Shown here: positions 1 to 9,249 of the stretch, piece after piece
Numbering within the stretch: the stretch's first letter is position 1
Layout: each line of letters starts with the position of its first letter
Source: Candidatus Lokiarchaeum ossiferum
GTDB taxonomy: Archaea; Asgardarchaeota; Lokiarchaeia; Sigyniarchaeales; Promethearchaeaceae
Length of the DNA: 32,000 nt
Reading direction: 5' to 3'
NCBI GenBank assembly: GCA_025839675.1
Contig: CP104013.1
Span: forward strand, 3,510,001 to 3,542,000
Notes under the pieces: generated by a model
What the model was told of the DNA's origin: nothing
Seen by the model: the letters and a program-made list of their open reading frames with translations, nothing else
Databases searched by the model: none
Position numbers and translations under genes: made by a program

Positions 1-1050
1 AACCCTCCTTATCTGTATTTGGGATATATTGTAAAAACCGCAGAAACTCAAAAATATCTTCCCCTTTTCACCAATGAAAATAGAGGGTTACAAGATTTGT
101 ATCAAATTGCTCTTATAAATGACTTACGAAATGCTATAGATCAAATGATTTACATCATACCTTCGAATTTCATTTTTGGTAATTCGGTTTCCAATAAAAT
201 TAGGGATGAATTTTTACCTTATTATTCGATTAGTCGTTCTTTCATTTTCGAAAAACAAATCTTCAAACATACTGGGACCAATGTGATGATCAATTTTTTC
301 CAACGTAATTTAAATCCTCAGTATTCCACTGTTGAATTTCAAGGCATTAAAATTGGTAAGGAACAAAAAGAAAATAGATATCTCTTAGAACCACAATATC
401 ATTATAAAGCAGGGTCAGAGTTTGAAACATTTATCACTAATTTTAAGGTGAAAAATCCCGTAATTATGAAATATTACCTTAAACAGCATGACGTGGATGA
501 ACATCCAGGCAAAAATGAGATAAAAGTAATTGATGCAAACAATTTTGAAAAAAGTGAATATGTTCTTTTAACCATTTTCGTAGATTCAAAATTCGCAAAC
601 GAAATTCAATCCAATCTTCTCTGGATACGTACGGTAGACACTGGAACACTAGATGGTCGTGCAGGACTTTATTCTATTAAAGGTTCATTCAATGCATCTG
701 GAATTTTGGTGACCAAAGCGACATATCGAACCCATCCAATTCAAATTTTCTTTTCTCCCCCACTATCAAAAGCAGAACAAAGATTATTGCAAAACTATTT
801 CAACTTAACTCTTGAATATCTTAGATCGATTACCGATAGTGAATTTATGACGACTTACAAGTATTCCTCGGGGCCCTATACTCGAAAATATTTTGGACTC
901 TCTCAAGCCAAGAAAATAATTGCTACTTTCCCCTTGAATCATTTGGATGATTCTGAGAAGAATTATTTCTCCAAACTTATTTATAATAAGGACGTTACTC
1001 AACTTCTCGAATTTTTAAAAACCGTTAAAAATAAATGGAAATCGAGTTAA
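1..1050 (+). CDS. N6-adenine DNA methyltransferase, Eco57I/gamma-class-like; C-terminal 349 codons only, 5' end lies outside the window
   Basis: Frame 1 is open from nt 1. Its first four codons (aac cct cct tat) read NPPY, the catalytic motif IV of amino-methyltransferases. Downstream, DLYQIALIN...MIYIIPSNFIFGNSVSNKIRDEFL...IFEKQIFKHTGTNVMINFFQR follows the usual Eco57I-type layout. The last ~230 aa would be a target-recognition region. The track start at 19 is a TTG inside this open frame and is probably not the true start. Stop TAA 1048-1050. Confidence 0.7.
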   Translation, partial: NPPYLYLGYIVKTAETQKYLPLFTNENRGLQDLYQIALINDLRNAIDQMIYIIPSNFIFGNSVSNKIRDEFLPYYSISRSFIFEKQIFKHTGTNVMINFFQRNLNPQYSTVEFQGIKIGKEQKENRYLLEPQYHYKAGSEFETFITNFKVKNPVIMKYYLKQHDVDEHPGKNEIKVIDANNFEKSEYVLLTIFVDSKFANEIQSNLLWIRTVDTGTLDGRAGLYSIKGSFNASGILVTKATYRTHPIQIFFSPPLSKAEQRLLQNYFNLTLEYLRSITDSEFMTTYKYSSGPYTRKYFGLSQAKKIIATFPLNHLDDSEKNYFSKLIYNKDVTQLLEFLKTVKNKWKSS

Positions 1051-1796
1051 TGAGAACATGTATGTTGTCAGAAGAAGAAAAAGAACGGTATCAGCGCCAA
1101 ATCTTGATTATTGGGGATAAAAAACAAGAATCTCTCAAAAATAAGAAGATTCTACAAGTAGGGGCTGGCGGATTAGGAGGCCCCCTAATTCTCGCTCTGG
1201 TTGCAGCGGGAGTTGGTGAAATTATTCTTTTCGAAAATGATGTAGTATCTCTTTCCAATTTAGGAAGACAAATTTTGTATAAAACACAAGATTTAGGACT
1301 TTCAAAAGGTGTATTGGCTCAAAAAAGATTGCAAGAATTGAACCCTCATGTCAAAATCACTGTGATTGAAGAATGGCTATCCGCAAAATCTGCCCCAAAA
1401 TATTTAGATCCAGGAGATGTTGATTACTTAGTTGATGCTTCTGATAATTTTGAAACCAAATTCCTTGTTAATGATCTTGGGTTAAAATATAATATTCCTT
1501 TTACAATAGCGGGGATCCAAGGGTTTGAAGGGCAACTTATTTCTGTAGATCCCCATCGTACGGCATGTTATCGATGCTTGTTTGGTGATGTACCCAAAAA
1601 GAAAGATACTTCGCCTATTCCAGTGATGAGTTCCACTTGCGGTGTGGTAGGTTCCCTCCAAGCAAATGAAATATTGAAAGGACTTTTAAACCATGGAACT
1701 CGCATTTTGAATGCATTGTTGATGATTGGGCTAGAAACTGGAGATTTCACCAAAATTCCAATTAATCCAAATCCAAATTGCATCTGCCAAAAATAG
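1050..1796 (+). CDS. ThiF/MoeB/UbaA-family adenylyltransferase (short E1-like enzyme for a sulfur-carrier or SAMP/Urm1-type beta-grasp protein)
   Basis: Family motifs present: RYQRQILI, Rossmann loop VGAGGLGG, NLGRQILY, DASDNFETKF, CYRC Cys pair, STCGVVG, and a C-terminal C-I-C. ATG 1050-1052 overlaps the upstream stop as TAATG. Alternative in-frame ATGs lie at 1035 and 1062. Confidence 0.85.
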   Translation: MRTCMLSEEEKERYQRQILIIGDKKQESLKNKKILQVGAGGLGGPLILALVAAGVGEIILFENDVVSLSNLGRQILYKTQDLGLSKGVLAQKRLQELNPHVKITVIEEWLSAKSAPKYLDPGDVDYLVDASDNFETKFLVNDLGLKYNIPFTIAGIQGFEGQLISVDPHRTACYRCLFGDVPKKKDTSPIPVMSSTCGVVGSLQANEILKGLLNHGTRILNALLMIGLETGDFTKIPINPNPNCICQK

Positions 1797-1851
1797 TTAA
1801 AATATATATATTTAATAGGTCAAAGTTTTCTAATATTTTTGGTGGACTCAA

Positions 1852-2202
1852 ATGAGTGAACGAACAAAATTTTGTTCCTTTGCCAGCGATCCCGAAAAAT
1901 GTCATCAATTTGAAAAAATGATGTCCAACATTGGCAACAAAATGAATTTACCCGTACAAATGCTCCAATCCATTGGGCAAAGCTCATTTCAAAAAATTGA
2001 GAACAACAAAAATATCACTCTCTCCAATTACTTCACAGCATCTCCGACAAAAAAATCACACATAATCCAAGAAATTCTTGATATTCTTTGTGGAGAACTA
2101 AAAAACACTGGACATTCACGTAAAATGGTTAATAATTTTCGAGATATCGCTGAAATACAGCTGGATATTTTTTTTAATGAGAAAAAATCGTTATTTAGTT
2201 AA
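1852..2202 (+). CDS. hypothetical small protein (116 aa)
   Basis: ORF with an ATG start, 55 nt after the ThiF-like gene on the same strand. No recognisable domain. It contains EKMMSNIGNKMNLPVQ, which resembles the start of the partial ORF at 31923. Confidence 0.4.
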   Translation: MSERTKFCSFASDPEKCHQFEKMMSNIGNKMNLPVQMLQSIGQSSFQKIENNKNITLSNYFTASPTKKSHIIQEILDILCGELKNTGHSRKMVNNFRDIAEIQLDIFFNEKKSLFS

Positions 2203-2214
2203 TAGAAGGTTAAC

Positions 2215-2559
2215 TTATTGGTCTTTTTTTTCTTGTTCGTCCTTTGAAGATTTATCCACGAGGATATTTTGCAAATTTTCTTTGGAAATGTCTAAATCCG
2301 TATCTGGATCTAAATCATCGGGAAATTCTTGTTTCAATTTCTCCAAATCTGCAAAATTGGCTGCATCTTCTTCAGGATCAACTTCCAAATAAAAAGCCCC
2401 TTCATAATCACATTCACGGCATCGAAAGTGCTCAGTGGCGACCCAACTTCCGGTAGTTACTCGATAGATTGAGGCTTGCTTACATTGAGGGCAGATTTTA
2501 ACTGATTTTGTATTTTTCTTTCGTCTTAGACTTTTTAAAATTTCTTTTAAAGCTCCCAT
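2215..2559 (-). CDS. small zinc-ribbon protein with acidic C-terminal tail
   Basis: Two Cys knuckles, CPQC and CREC, spaced 20 residues apart. The tail is D/E-rich (DPEEDAANFADLEKLKQEFPDDLDPDTDLD). ATG at 2559 (MGALKEIL) is preferred over the upstream ATG at 2589. Confidence 0.55.
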   Translation of the reverse strand: MGALKEILKSLRRKKNTKSVKICPQCKQASIYRVTTGSWVATEHFRCRECDYEGAFYLEVDPEEDAANFADLEKLKQEFPDDLDPDTDLDISKENLQNILVDKSSKDEQEKKDQ

Positions 2560-2657
2560 AACAAATATCAAAAAACACCGATATCTCAAAAACCCTTTTA
2601 TTTAAAAAAAAAGAAAGGTATAAATGAATCAAAGTAAAAAATTTGGGAATTTTTCAA

Positions 2658-5381
2658 ATGTCTATGTCCACTACGGTATTACTTCAACAAATTAATGATG
2701 TCGATACGGAAGCTCGGCTTCTCGCCATCAAACGTCTAGGTATGATCTATGATGATGAAAAAATTATCGATCCTCTCCTAAAATTGCTCTTGGATAACGA
2801 TGCCCGGATAAGAGAAGCAGTTATTTTATCTTTAAGCGTTCAATCCTCTTCACCCAAAATAATTAAGCCCATTATTAATGCGTTATCTGATGAAGTGGTT
2901 GATGTTCAACTCGCGGCTATTAAAGCCTTGTCAGAATTTAGGTCAATTCTTGCGACGAAACCATTAATCAAAATCTTATCGGATCCTGAAGATGAAGTAA
3001 GAGCAGGGACTGTCTTAGCTCTGGGATTAATTGAAGATAAAAATGCTTTATTTCCTCTTATAGATTGTTTGGAAGATCAAAATTCTCAAGTGCGAATTAA
3101 TGCACTCGTAGCATTATCACAACTCGGGGATCCCCGATCAATTGATCCGATTATCGATTTAATTCAGAATGAAACGGATGATATAGTCAAACAGATGGCT
3201 ATTCTTTCTTTGGGACCATTAGGCAAAGGGGATAAACGAATAGTTGAACCCTTAATTCAACATTTATCATCTCCCAATCCTCGCTTTCGTCAATATGCAA
3301 TTGTCTCGCTAGGACAAACAAAAAATCCCGAAATCATAAAGCCTCTTCTCAAACTGTTAAATGATGAAGATGCTTATGTAAGAAGAGCATGTGCAACTGC
3401 ATTAAGTGATGTGAAAGATCCTGCAACTGTTAAAGAATTCATCGCACGACTTGATGATGAAAACGCAGAAATTCGGGAAACCGCAGCCCGAGCTTTAGGA
3501 AAATTGGGTGATATTGATGCTATTTTAGGATTAATCCACGCATTATATGATACATCAAATGCTGTTAGGGAAGAAGCGGCTAAAAGTTTAGGTGATTTGG
3601 AAGATTCCGCCGCAAGTAAATCGTTAATTTCTGTTTTCAAAAAAGAACAAGATCCTAGTGTTAAAATTGCTATGGCAATTGCTTTGGGGAGAATAGAAGG
3701 TAATTCTCCTCCATCCACTTCATTTGTTCTGGCAAATCCCGCGATGCGAGTTCTGTCTAAAGCACTTTCCCATAAAGAATTAGGTGTAAGGGCTGCTTCT
3801 GCAGAATCTCTTGCAAAAATCTGCATAAACAATAAAAAATATGGTAAAGCCAAAAATTATTATCGACGGGCCAGTGATGAATCGCTGACTTGGGAGTTTA
3901 AACAACCTTTCAATTTAGCCTCATCCTTAGGATGCGAGGTAATGGATCGCCTATCAAAGAAACATTATGGTGGGATGGCGAGTATTTTCGAGGCTATTTA
4001 TGACAATTTAGCAACGGCTGCTAAAATGATAGGAAATCACACATTTATTTCCAAAAACTATTGGAAGATCTTGGAAGTTTATGATCAGATTTTTCAAAGT
4101 AAAAATAAAGGCCAATTTGTGCAACATTTTCGAGATTTGGGTTTAAAGATATTATTACTTGCAAAAAAATTACCTGAAGATAAACAAAATCTATTAAATA
4201 CCTCGCAAGACCGTTTGAATGAAAAATTTCAAGTTATTGATAAACGAGGATTAGCATTATCAGAATCACTCGTGGAAATGGAAAATTTAAAACCTGATTT
4301 ATTTGATATCGGAAATAAAATACTTCAAATCGAGCCTTTGGAATTGCGTATGGATGAAGATCAAGAAAATACGATTAATGTGATTGAAGATCTGTCTGAA
4401 ATTCCTTCAATGGGTGCCTTAGCAACTATGGATACCACAGATCTCCTCCGTGAAGAAGAAAATATAATCCAACGTCATGTCACGCGGGAAGTAGATCGGA
4501 AATTTTTATTGGAAGACATTCCTCTAACCATGGATACGCACCTCTTTGCAGGAAAAGATCTTTCCGTTGGATTAATTCAATTTTTACAAGGAGCAAAACG
4601 TGAAAGTTTTATTGAGGATGATAGAGATTTGTGGGAAAAATTTGTCAGAAGATATTATGATGAGGAAGTCTATCGACAAACCCGCATTTTACAATTTACT
4701 CAAGAATCCATTCAATTTCGAGCTAAACCAAAAATAATTGGTTATTTGGATGATGCAATTTATGAAGGGTGTAAATTAATAATATTTCCAGAATGCTCGA
4801 TGCCAGAATCATATCTCCCGAAATTACAACAATTTGCGGATCGATTCAATATTTTCATTATTGCTGGAGTTGAATGTATTTCCGATCAAGGACATTTTTA
4901 TAATCGAGCCTATTTTATCTCCCCAATGAATGAGAATATGCCATACCAACAAAAAAATACACGCACCGTAATGCCCAGTTCTGAAAAGAATATGCTGGAA
5001 TGGGTTGAAAACATTGAAACTACGAGCCCACCTAAATTCAGTATCTTTGAGTCTCCCTTCGGGAAATTTATCATATTGATTGGAAATGATATTAAAGAAT
5101 ATTCTCAGTTTATTCCATTTATCACTCGAGAACGGGGATTGGATTTCGCATTGTTCTTGAATAATGGAATTGAAAATACCGCTCTAAGTCATAAATATCA
5201 GGAATTAGCAACTGAAATTTCCAAACCGATCTTATATCTCAATACTGGTCAATTTGGAGGTACTAATGTCTACTTGGCGAAAGACACTCAGCAATCGCCC
5301 CTCCAATCAGAATATTCTGAAGGCATTTTCCATTGGAAATATGCGGTACCAGAAGATGATATGCCCGAGTTTGAGTTGTAA
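2658..5381 (+). CDS. HEAT-repeat protein fused to a C-terminal carbon-nitrogen hydrolase (nitrilase-superfamily)-like domain
   Basis: The N-terminal ~390 aa hold about 11 PBS-lyase-type HEAT repeats, a recurring D-x-(D/N)-x-x-V/I-R-x-x-A-x-x-(A/S)-L-G/S pattern (e.g. DNDARIREAVILSL, DEDAYVRRACATAL, DENAEIRETAARALGKLG). The C-terminal ~260 aa follow the CN-hydrolase layout: CKLIIFPECSMP, FIIAGVE, FYNRAYFISP, PYQQKNTRT, FGKFIILIGNDIKEY, GLDFALFLNNG, LNTGQFGGTNVY. ATG 2658 is preferred over TTG 2643. Confidence 0.7.
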   Translation: MSMSTTVLLQQINDVDTEARLLAIKRLGMIYDDEKIIDPLLKLLLDNDARIREAVILSLSVQSSSPKIIKPIINALSDEVVDVQLAAIKALSEFRSILATKPLIKILSDPEDEVRAGTVLALGLIEDKNALFPLIDCLEDQNSQVRINALVALSQLGDPRSIDPIIDLIQNETDDIVKQMAILSLGPLGKGDKRIVEPLIQHLSSPNPRFRQYAIVSLGQTKNPEIIKPLLKLLNDEDAYVRRACATALSDVKDPATVKEFIARLDDENAEIRETAARALGKLGDIDAILGLIHALYDTSNAVREEAAKSLGDLEDSAASKSLISVFKKEQDPSVKIAMAIALGRIEGNSPPSTSFVLANPAMRVLSKALSHKELGVRAASAESLAKICINNKKYGKAKNYYRRASDESLTWEFKQPFNLASSLGCEVMDRLSKKHYGGMASIFEAIYDNLATAAKMIGNHTFISKNYWKILEVYDQIFQSKNKGQFVQHFRDLGLKILLLAKKLPEDKQNLLNTSQDRLNEKFQVIDKRGLALSESLVEMENLKPDLFDIGNKILQIEPLELRMDEDQENTINVIEDLSEIPSMGALATMDTTDLLREEENIIQRHVTREVDRKFLLEDIPLTMDTHLFAGKDLSVGLIQFLQGAKRESFIEDDRDLWEKFVRRYYDEEVYRQTRILQFTQESIQFRAKPKIIGYLDDAIYEGCKLIIFPECSMPESYLPKLQQFADRFNIFIIAGVECISDQGHFYNRAYFISPMNENMPYQQKNTRTVMPSSEKNMLEWVENIETTSPPKFSIFESPFGKFIILIGNDIKEYSQFIPFITRERGLDFALFLNNGIENTALSHKYQELATEISKPILYLNTGQFGGTNVYLAKDTQQSPLQSEYSEGIFHWKYAVPEDDMPEFEL

Positions 5382-5388
5382 AAAATCA

Positions 5389-5399
5389 TTTTTTTTTTT
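5389..5399 (+). terminator. T11 tract, archaeal-type terminator candidate
   Basis: Eleven consecutive T begin 8 nt after the TAA stop (5379-5381) of the HEAT/CN-hydrolase gene. Confidence 0.5.
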
Positions 5400-5478
5400 C
5401 CGTCCTTGTTTTAATAGCCAGTGATTTTATTTAATAAGATATATTTGAGAATTTATAGATATTCATGCGGGTGCCTCA

Positions 5479-7599
5479 ATGGTTAATCTCTCTTCAGCAG
5501 CTCTTCCCTCGGAAGAAGAACTTGAATTTAAAAGGACCAACTTACCCCTTAAACCGGGTGTTTATATTTATAAAGACAAAGATCGCAAGATTATCTATGT
5601 TGGGAAGGCCAAATCTCTTCGGAATCGGGTAAATTCATATTGGAAGGAAAGAAGTAAAAGTGAAGATCCGATATATGCTCAAAAAATCACCCGCTTAGTT
5701 GCACATATTCGGGATTTAGAAGTATTTGTAGTTGATAATGAAACTGAAGCACTCTTGTTAGAAAACGAGCTTATCAAGAAGAATCAGCCGATTTATAATG
5801 TCATGCTTAAAGATGATAAAAGCTACCCTTGGGTTCAGATTACCAACGAAGCTTTCCCACGAATCAGAATAATTCGAGGACCTGAACGATATGGGTTGCA
5901 ACATAAATATATCGGACCTTTTGTCGATGGGTATGATCTTAAGAAAACAATCCGTTTCATTCGAAAAATTTTTCCTTTCTGTACGTGCAAGAAAACGACA
6001 TCCCGAAAAAAGCGAACACGCCCCTGTGTGTACTACCAAATTAAACTATGTCCTGGTCCTTGTTTTGGTTATATCACGAAAGAAAAATATAATCAAAACA
6101 TACGAAATATAGAATTACTTTTAACTGGAGAAATCAAACCGATTCAATCCATGATGAAAACTAAGATGGAAAAAGCGTCATCGGAGTTAGCTTTTGAGGA
6201 AGCTGTAGTCTGGAGAGATCGACTTCAAGCATTGGAGCAATTCACAATTGAACAATCGATCCTATCCTATGATTTAGCAGATCCAGAAGAAAATTCTTCT
6301 CAAGAATTGGAAAACGCTGACGATTCTAATCAAGAAAGGCTGGAGGGACGAACTTATAAAAAACCGTTACAAAATCTCCGAAATTTGGATGTTATTGCCG
6401 GTCATTATTCTAAAAAACGGGCGGGAATTGTAATTATTCATGTTCGGTATGGACGCGTCTTGGGAAAAACTCCCTATGTATTTGATGTGAAAGAAAAGCT
6501 CACCTCAAAAACGGACTATATTCTCTCACTTTTGAAACAACACTATCTTCGACCTGATATTCCCCTTCCTGATGAAATCGTTTTGGAAACTCAACTTCCT
6601 TCAGATATAGAAACAGGGTTGCTTACTTACTTTTCCACCCGCGAAACCCATCCATCTAAGCTCAAAATCTCTCCCCAAAAACGAAAACATGTTAAATTTC
6701 GGTTACCTTCAGAAGTTGATAAGACCGCGGGGTTAATTCGAATTGCCAAAAAAAATATCGAGCTTCTCATCAGTCAAAAGGATGAATATGAACAGCATCA
6801 GAAGGAAAAAGAAATCCAATTGGTAGAACAAAGTAAAATAAATCAAGGTTTGCGAGATTTGCAGACTGTTCTAGAATTGGATGATGTCCCGCTTATTATT
6901 GAAGGATTTGATATGGCTCATCTGCAAGGGACAGATTATACAGGATCAATGGTCTGCTTAGTAGAAGGAAGGCCAAGTAAGAAACATTACCGTCGTTATA
7001 AAGTGCGTACGGTTGATAAACCGGATGATATTGCTGCGATGAAAGAAGTTATGACGCGTCGTTACACACGCGCTATAAAAGAAAGCACGTTACCAGATCT
7101 GGTAGTTGTTGACGGGGGCAAAGGTCAATTGAATATGACCCATAAACTCTTTGTAAATCTTGGTATTGATTATGTTCCTCATATTGGTCTGGTAAAACCC
7201 GAAGGAAGAAGTGAAATTTACAAAACTCCCAGGATAGTCATCCCCGATGAGGAAGAGACACTTCAACTTCCAAAAAATTCACCTGCTTTACATCTGATTC
7301 AACATCTGCGAGATGAATCTCATCGATTTGCGAATGCATATCATCGGAAATTACGAAATAAACGCCAAACTAAATCTGAACTAGATGAAATTCCTGGAAT
7401 TGGCCCAGCCCGAAAAAAGAAGTTACTGCAATTATTGGGTAGTGTTGCCGAAATTAAAAGAGCATCCGAAGAAGCTTTGGAAGGGGTGATAGGTCCTGTC
7501 TTGGCGAAAACGGTGTTCGAATACTTTCAACAAAAAGCTCTTGAAGCCCAGAAAAAGCCAAAAAAGAAAAAATATAAGTTAACAAAAAAAAAGAAATGA
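5479..7599 (+). CDS. uvrC: excinuclease ABC subunit C (UvrC)
   Basis: N-terminal GIY-YIG module (GVYIYKDKDRKIIYVGKAKSLRNRVNSYW, YNVMLKDDKSYPW). UvrBC-interaction-like segment (FEEAVVWRDRLQALE). Endonuclease V-like region (IEGFDMAHLQG, VVVDGGKGQL). C-terminal (HhH)2 (LDEIPGIGPARKKKLLQLLGSVAEIKRAS). A Lys-rich tail is unusual. Confidence 0.9.
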   Translation: MVNLSSAALPSEEELEFKRTNLPLKPGVYIYKDKDRKIIYVGKAKSLRNRVNSYWKERSKSEDPIYAQKITRLVAHIRDLEVFVVDNETEALLLENELIKKNQPIYNVMLKDDKSYPWVQITNEAFPRIRIIRGPERYGLQHKYIGPFVDGYDLKKTIRFIRKIFPFCTCKKTTSRKKRTRPCVYYQIKLCPGPCFGYITKEKYNQNIRNIELLLTGEIKPIQSMMKTKMEKASSELAFEEAVVWRDRLQALEQFTIEQSILSYDLADPEENSSQELENADDSNQERLEGRTYKKPLQNLRNLDVIAGHYSKKRAGIVIIHVRYGRVLGKTPYVFDVKEKLTSKTDYILSLLKQHYLRPDIPLPDEIVLETQLPSDIETGLLTYFSTRETHPSKLKISPQKRKHVKFRLPSEVDKTAGLIRIAKKNIELLISQKDEYEQHQKEKEIQLVEQSKINQGLRDLQTVLELDDVPLIIEGFDMAHLQGTDYTGSMVCLVEGRPSKKHYRRYKVRTVDKPDDIAAMKEVMTRRYTRAIKESTLPDLVVVDGGKGQLNMTHKLFVNLGIDYVPHIGLVKPEGRSEIYKTPRIVIPDEEETLQLPKNSPALHLIQHLRDESHRFANAYHRKLRNKRQTKSELDEIPGIGPARKKKLLQLLGSVAEIKRASEEALEGVIGPVLAKTVFEYFQQKALEAQKKPKKKKYKLTKKKK

Positions 7600-7615
7600 A
7601 AGCAAGGTGGGTATT

Positions 7616-9091
7616 CTAATCATCACCATATTGATCTTGTAAATCAGCAAGTTCTTGCTGGGAAAACTTTTTCGTTTCTCCCCGTTTCACCCGACTGAGC
7701 CAAATCATTGCGATTAGTTCAAATAATATCACATATGGGAAGAGTGCAAAGTATTGCTGGCCACTTGCCAGATTTCCAAGACTTCCATAAATATCAAATA
7801 ATAATCCTGCAAAAACGGGACTAAGGGTTGCCGATAATTGGCTGAAAAGATAATAGGCACCGGTATATGCGCCTATTTTTCCTTCTGGCGCCATTCCCCA
7901 TACGATTACTATCGTATTGATATTTATCATTCCATAAAAGATCCCAACGATCCCCATCAAAATAGTCACGGAGATCTGGGATGTTAAGAACATCATTACA
8001 AATACACAACACGAGAGTCCTACCAAACCAATAAAAATCATGCGTTTTCTACCCATTCTATCTCCAAGTCTGCCTGCGAATACGGCTGTGATTATCATTG
8101 TAATTGGTGCCACCATTAATGTGGTTGATGCCCCTGAATCGCTCCACCCTAAAAATTGGGTTGCGTATAAACTATAAAACGTATCAATTGCATTATACCC
8201 AAAGAACCATGTGAAAACCACTAAAAGCATAAAAAATGCACTTTTTTCTTTTTCTTTGAAAATCATTTTTAACGCTTCGAGCTGGCTCTCCTTCTTTTCT
8301 ATTTCTTGCTCCCCCAAATATTCAAAAGTGACCGGATCTATGGCAATGCTATGGGAAGAAATTTCCATGAATTTATCTCCTGTGGGTGTTTCTTTGATTG
8401 TTACAAGTAAAATTACCAAAGCAATCGTTGTTGCAAAACTAACAAAATAAAATCCCCATGCGCGTGAAGATGCGAGGCCATCGGCTGTGTCAACATCAAA
8501 CATCATCTCTGTTATCATTGGAATCGCTAATCCTATCACCATGGAAAGAGCTCCCATCAAGTTGATAATTGCATTTCCCTCACTTCGTACTTCTGGGTCG
8601 GTTAAATCTGGCATCAAAGAAACAGCGCTACTTCGATAAAATGCCATGCTTAAATTGAAGAAAGTGATCACAGCTAGAAGCGCAATAAAGACACCTAACC
8701 CCTGTGAAGGTGCTATCATTCCAATAGCAGAAAACCCAATAATTGCACCAACGCATCCAATCATAATATAAGGTGTTCTTTTCCCGAATTTTGATTTGGT
8801 TCGATCAGATAATGCTCCAAAATAGGGTAACATTAAAATCGCGACAATGTTATCTAATACCATTATTGCACCTGTGATGGTGTCTAATCCTGTGGTAACT
8901 CCAAGATCTTGCAAAAACCCATTTAGCAAAAGGGGCATTGCAAAATTATAATATGTCCAAGCGATACTGCTTGTCATGAAGGCGAGTCCAATAAGAAAAG
9001 TTCGTCCATACTTCAATTTTCCGGGAGTATTAGGAGACATCCGAGGAGAATACTTTCCTTTTTCATCTAAATTTATTTTAGGGTCTGACAT
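7616..9091 (-). CDS. MFS-fold sugar:cation symporter of the GPH/SLC45-like type
   Basis: About 12 predicted TM helices. Signature loop GALSDRTKSKFGKRTPYIMIG between TM2 and TM3 and a second GRLGDRMGRKR loop. A central hydrophilic loop separates two 6-TM halves. Confidence 0.8.
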   Translation of the reverse strand: MSDPKINLDEKGKYSPRMSPNTPGKLKYGRTFLIGLAFMTSSIAWTYYNFAMPLLLNGFLQDLGVTTGLDTITGAIMVLDNIVAILMLPYFGALSDRTKSKFGKRTPYIMIGCVGAIIGFSAIGMIAPSQGLGVFIALLAVITFFNLSMAFYRSSAVSLMPDLTDPEVRSEGNAIINLMGALSMVIGLAIPMITEMMFDVDTADGLASSRAWGFYFVSFATTIALVILLVTIKETPTGDKFMEISSHSIAIDPVTFEYLGEQEIEKKESQLEALKMIFKEKEKSAFFMLLVVFTWFFGYNAIDTFYSLYATQFLGWSDSGASTTLMVAPITMIITAVFAGRLGDRMGRKRMIFIGLVGLSCCVFVMMFLTSQISVTILMGIVGIFYGMININTIVIVWGMAPEGKIGAYTGAYYLFSQLSATLSPVFAGLLFDIYGSLGNLASGQQYFALFPYVILFELIAMIWLSRVKRGETKKFSQQELADLQDQYGDD

Positions 9092-9249
9092 AAAATCACT
9101 AATTCAAATGTGCGCTCAATGAAATTAAAGGTTCTTTTTGATTTTTCACAACCATGATTAAATGTCAAGGATACTCCACAAATGTCATTTCTATGTGAAA
9201 TCATCAATTTCTAGATATTTAATTTCAATGAGCCATTAATTAACACATA

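Noticed and set aside
2177-2456. Two plus-strand ORFs of 71 and 70 aa
   Set aside because: They are antisense to the zinc-ribbon gene, which has clear CPQC/CREC knuckles. The plus-strand translations are low-complexity.
3374-3853. 159-aa minus-strand ORF inside the HEAT-repeat region
   Set aside because: It lies fully antisense to a gene with strong repeat motifs. Its A/L/S-rich translation is the typical shadow of HEAT-repeat codons, and it has no start context or motif.
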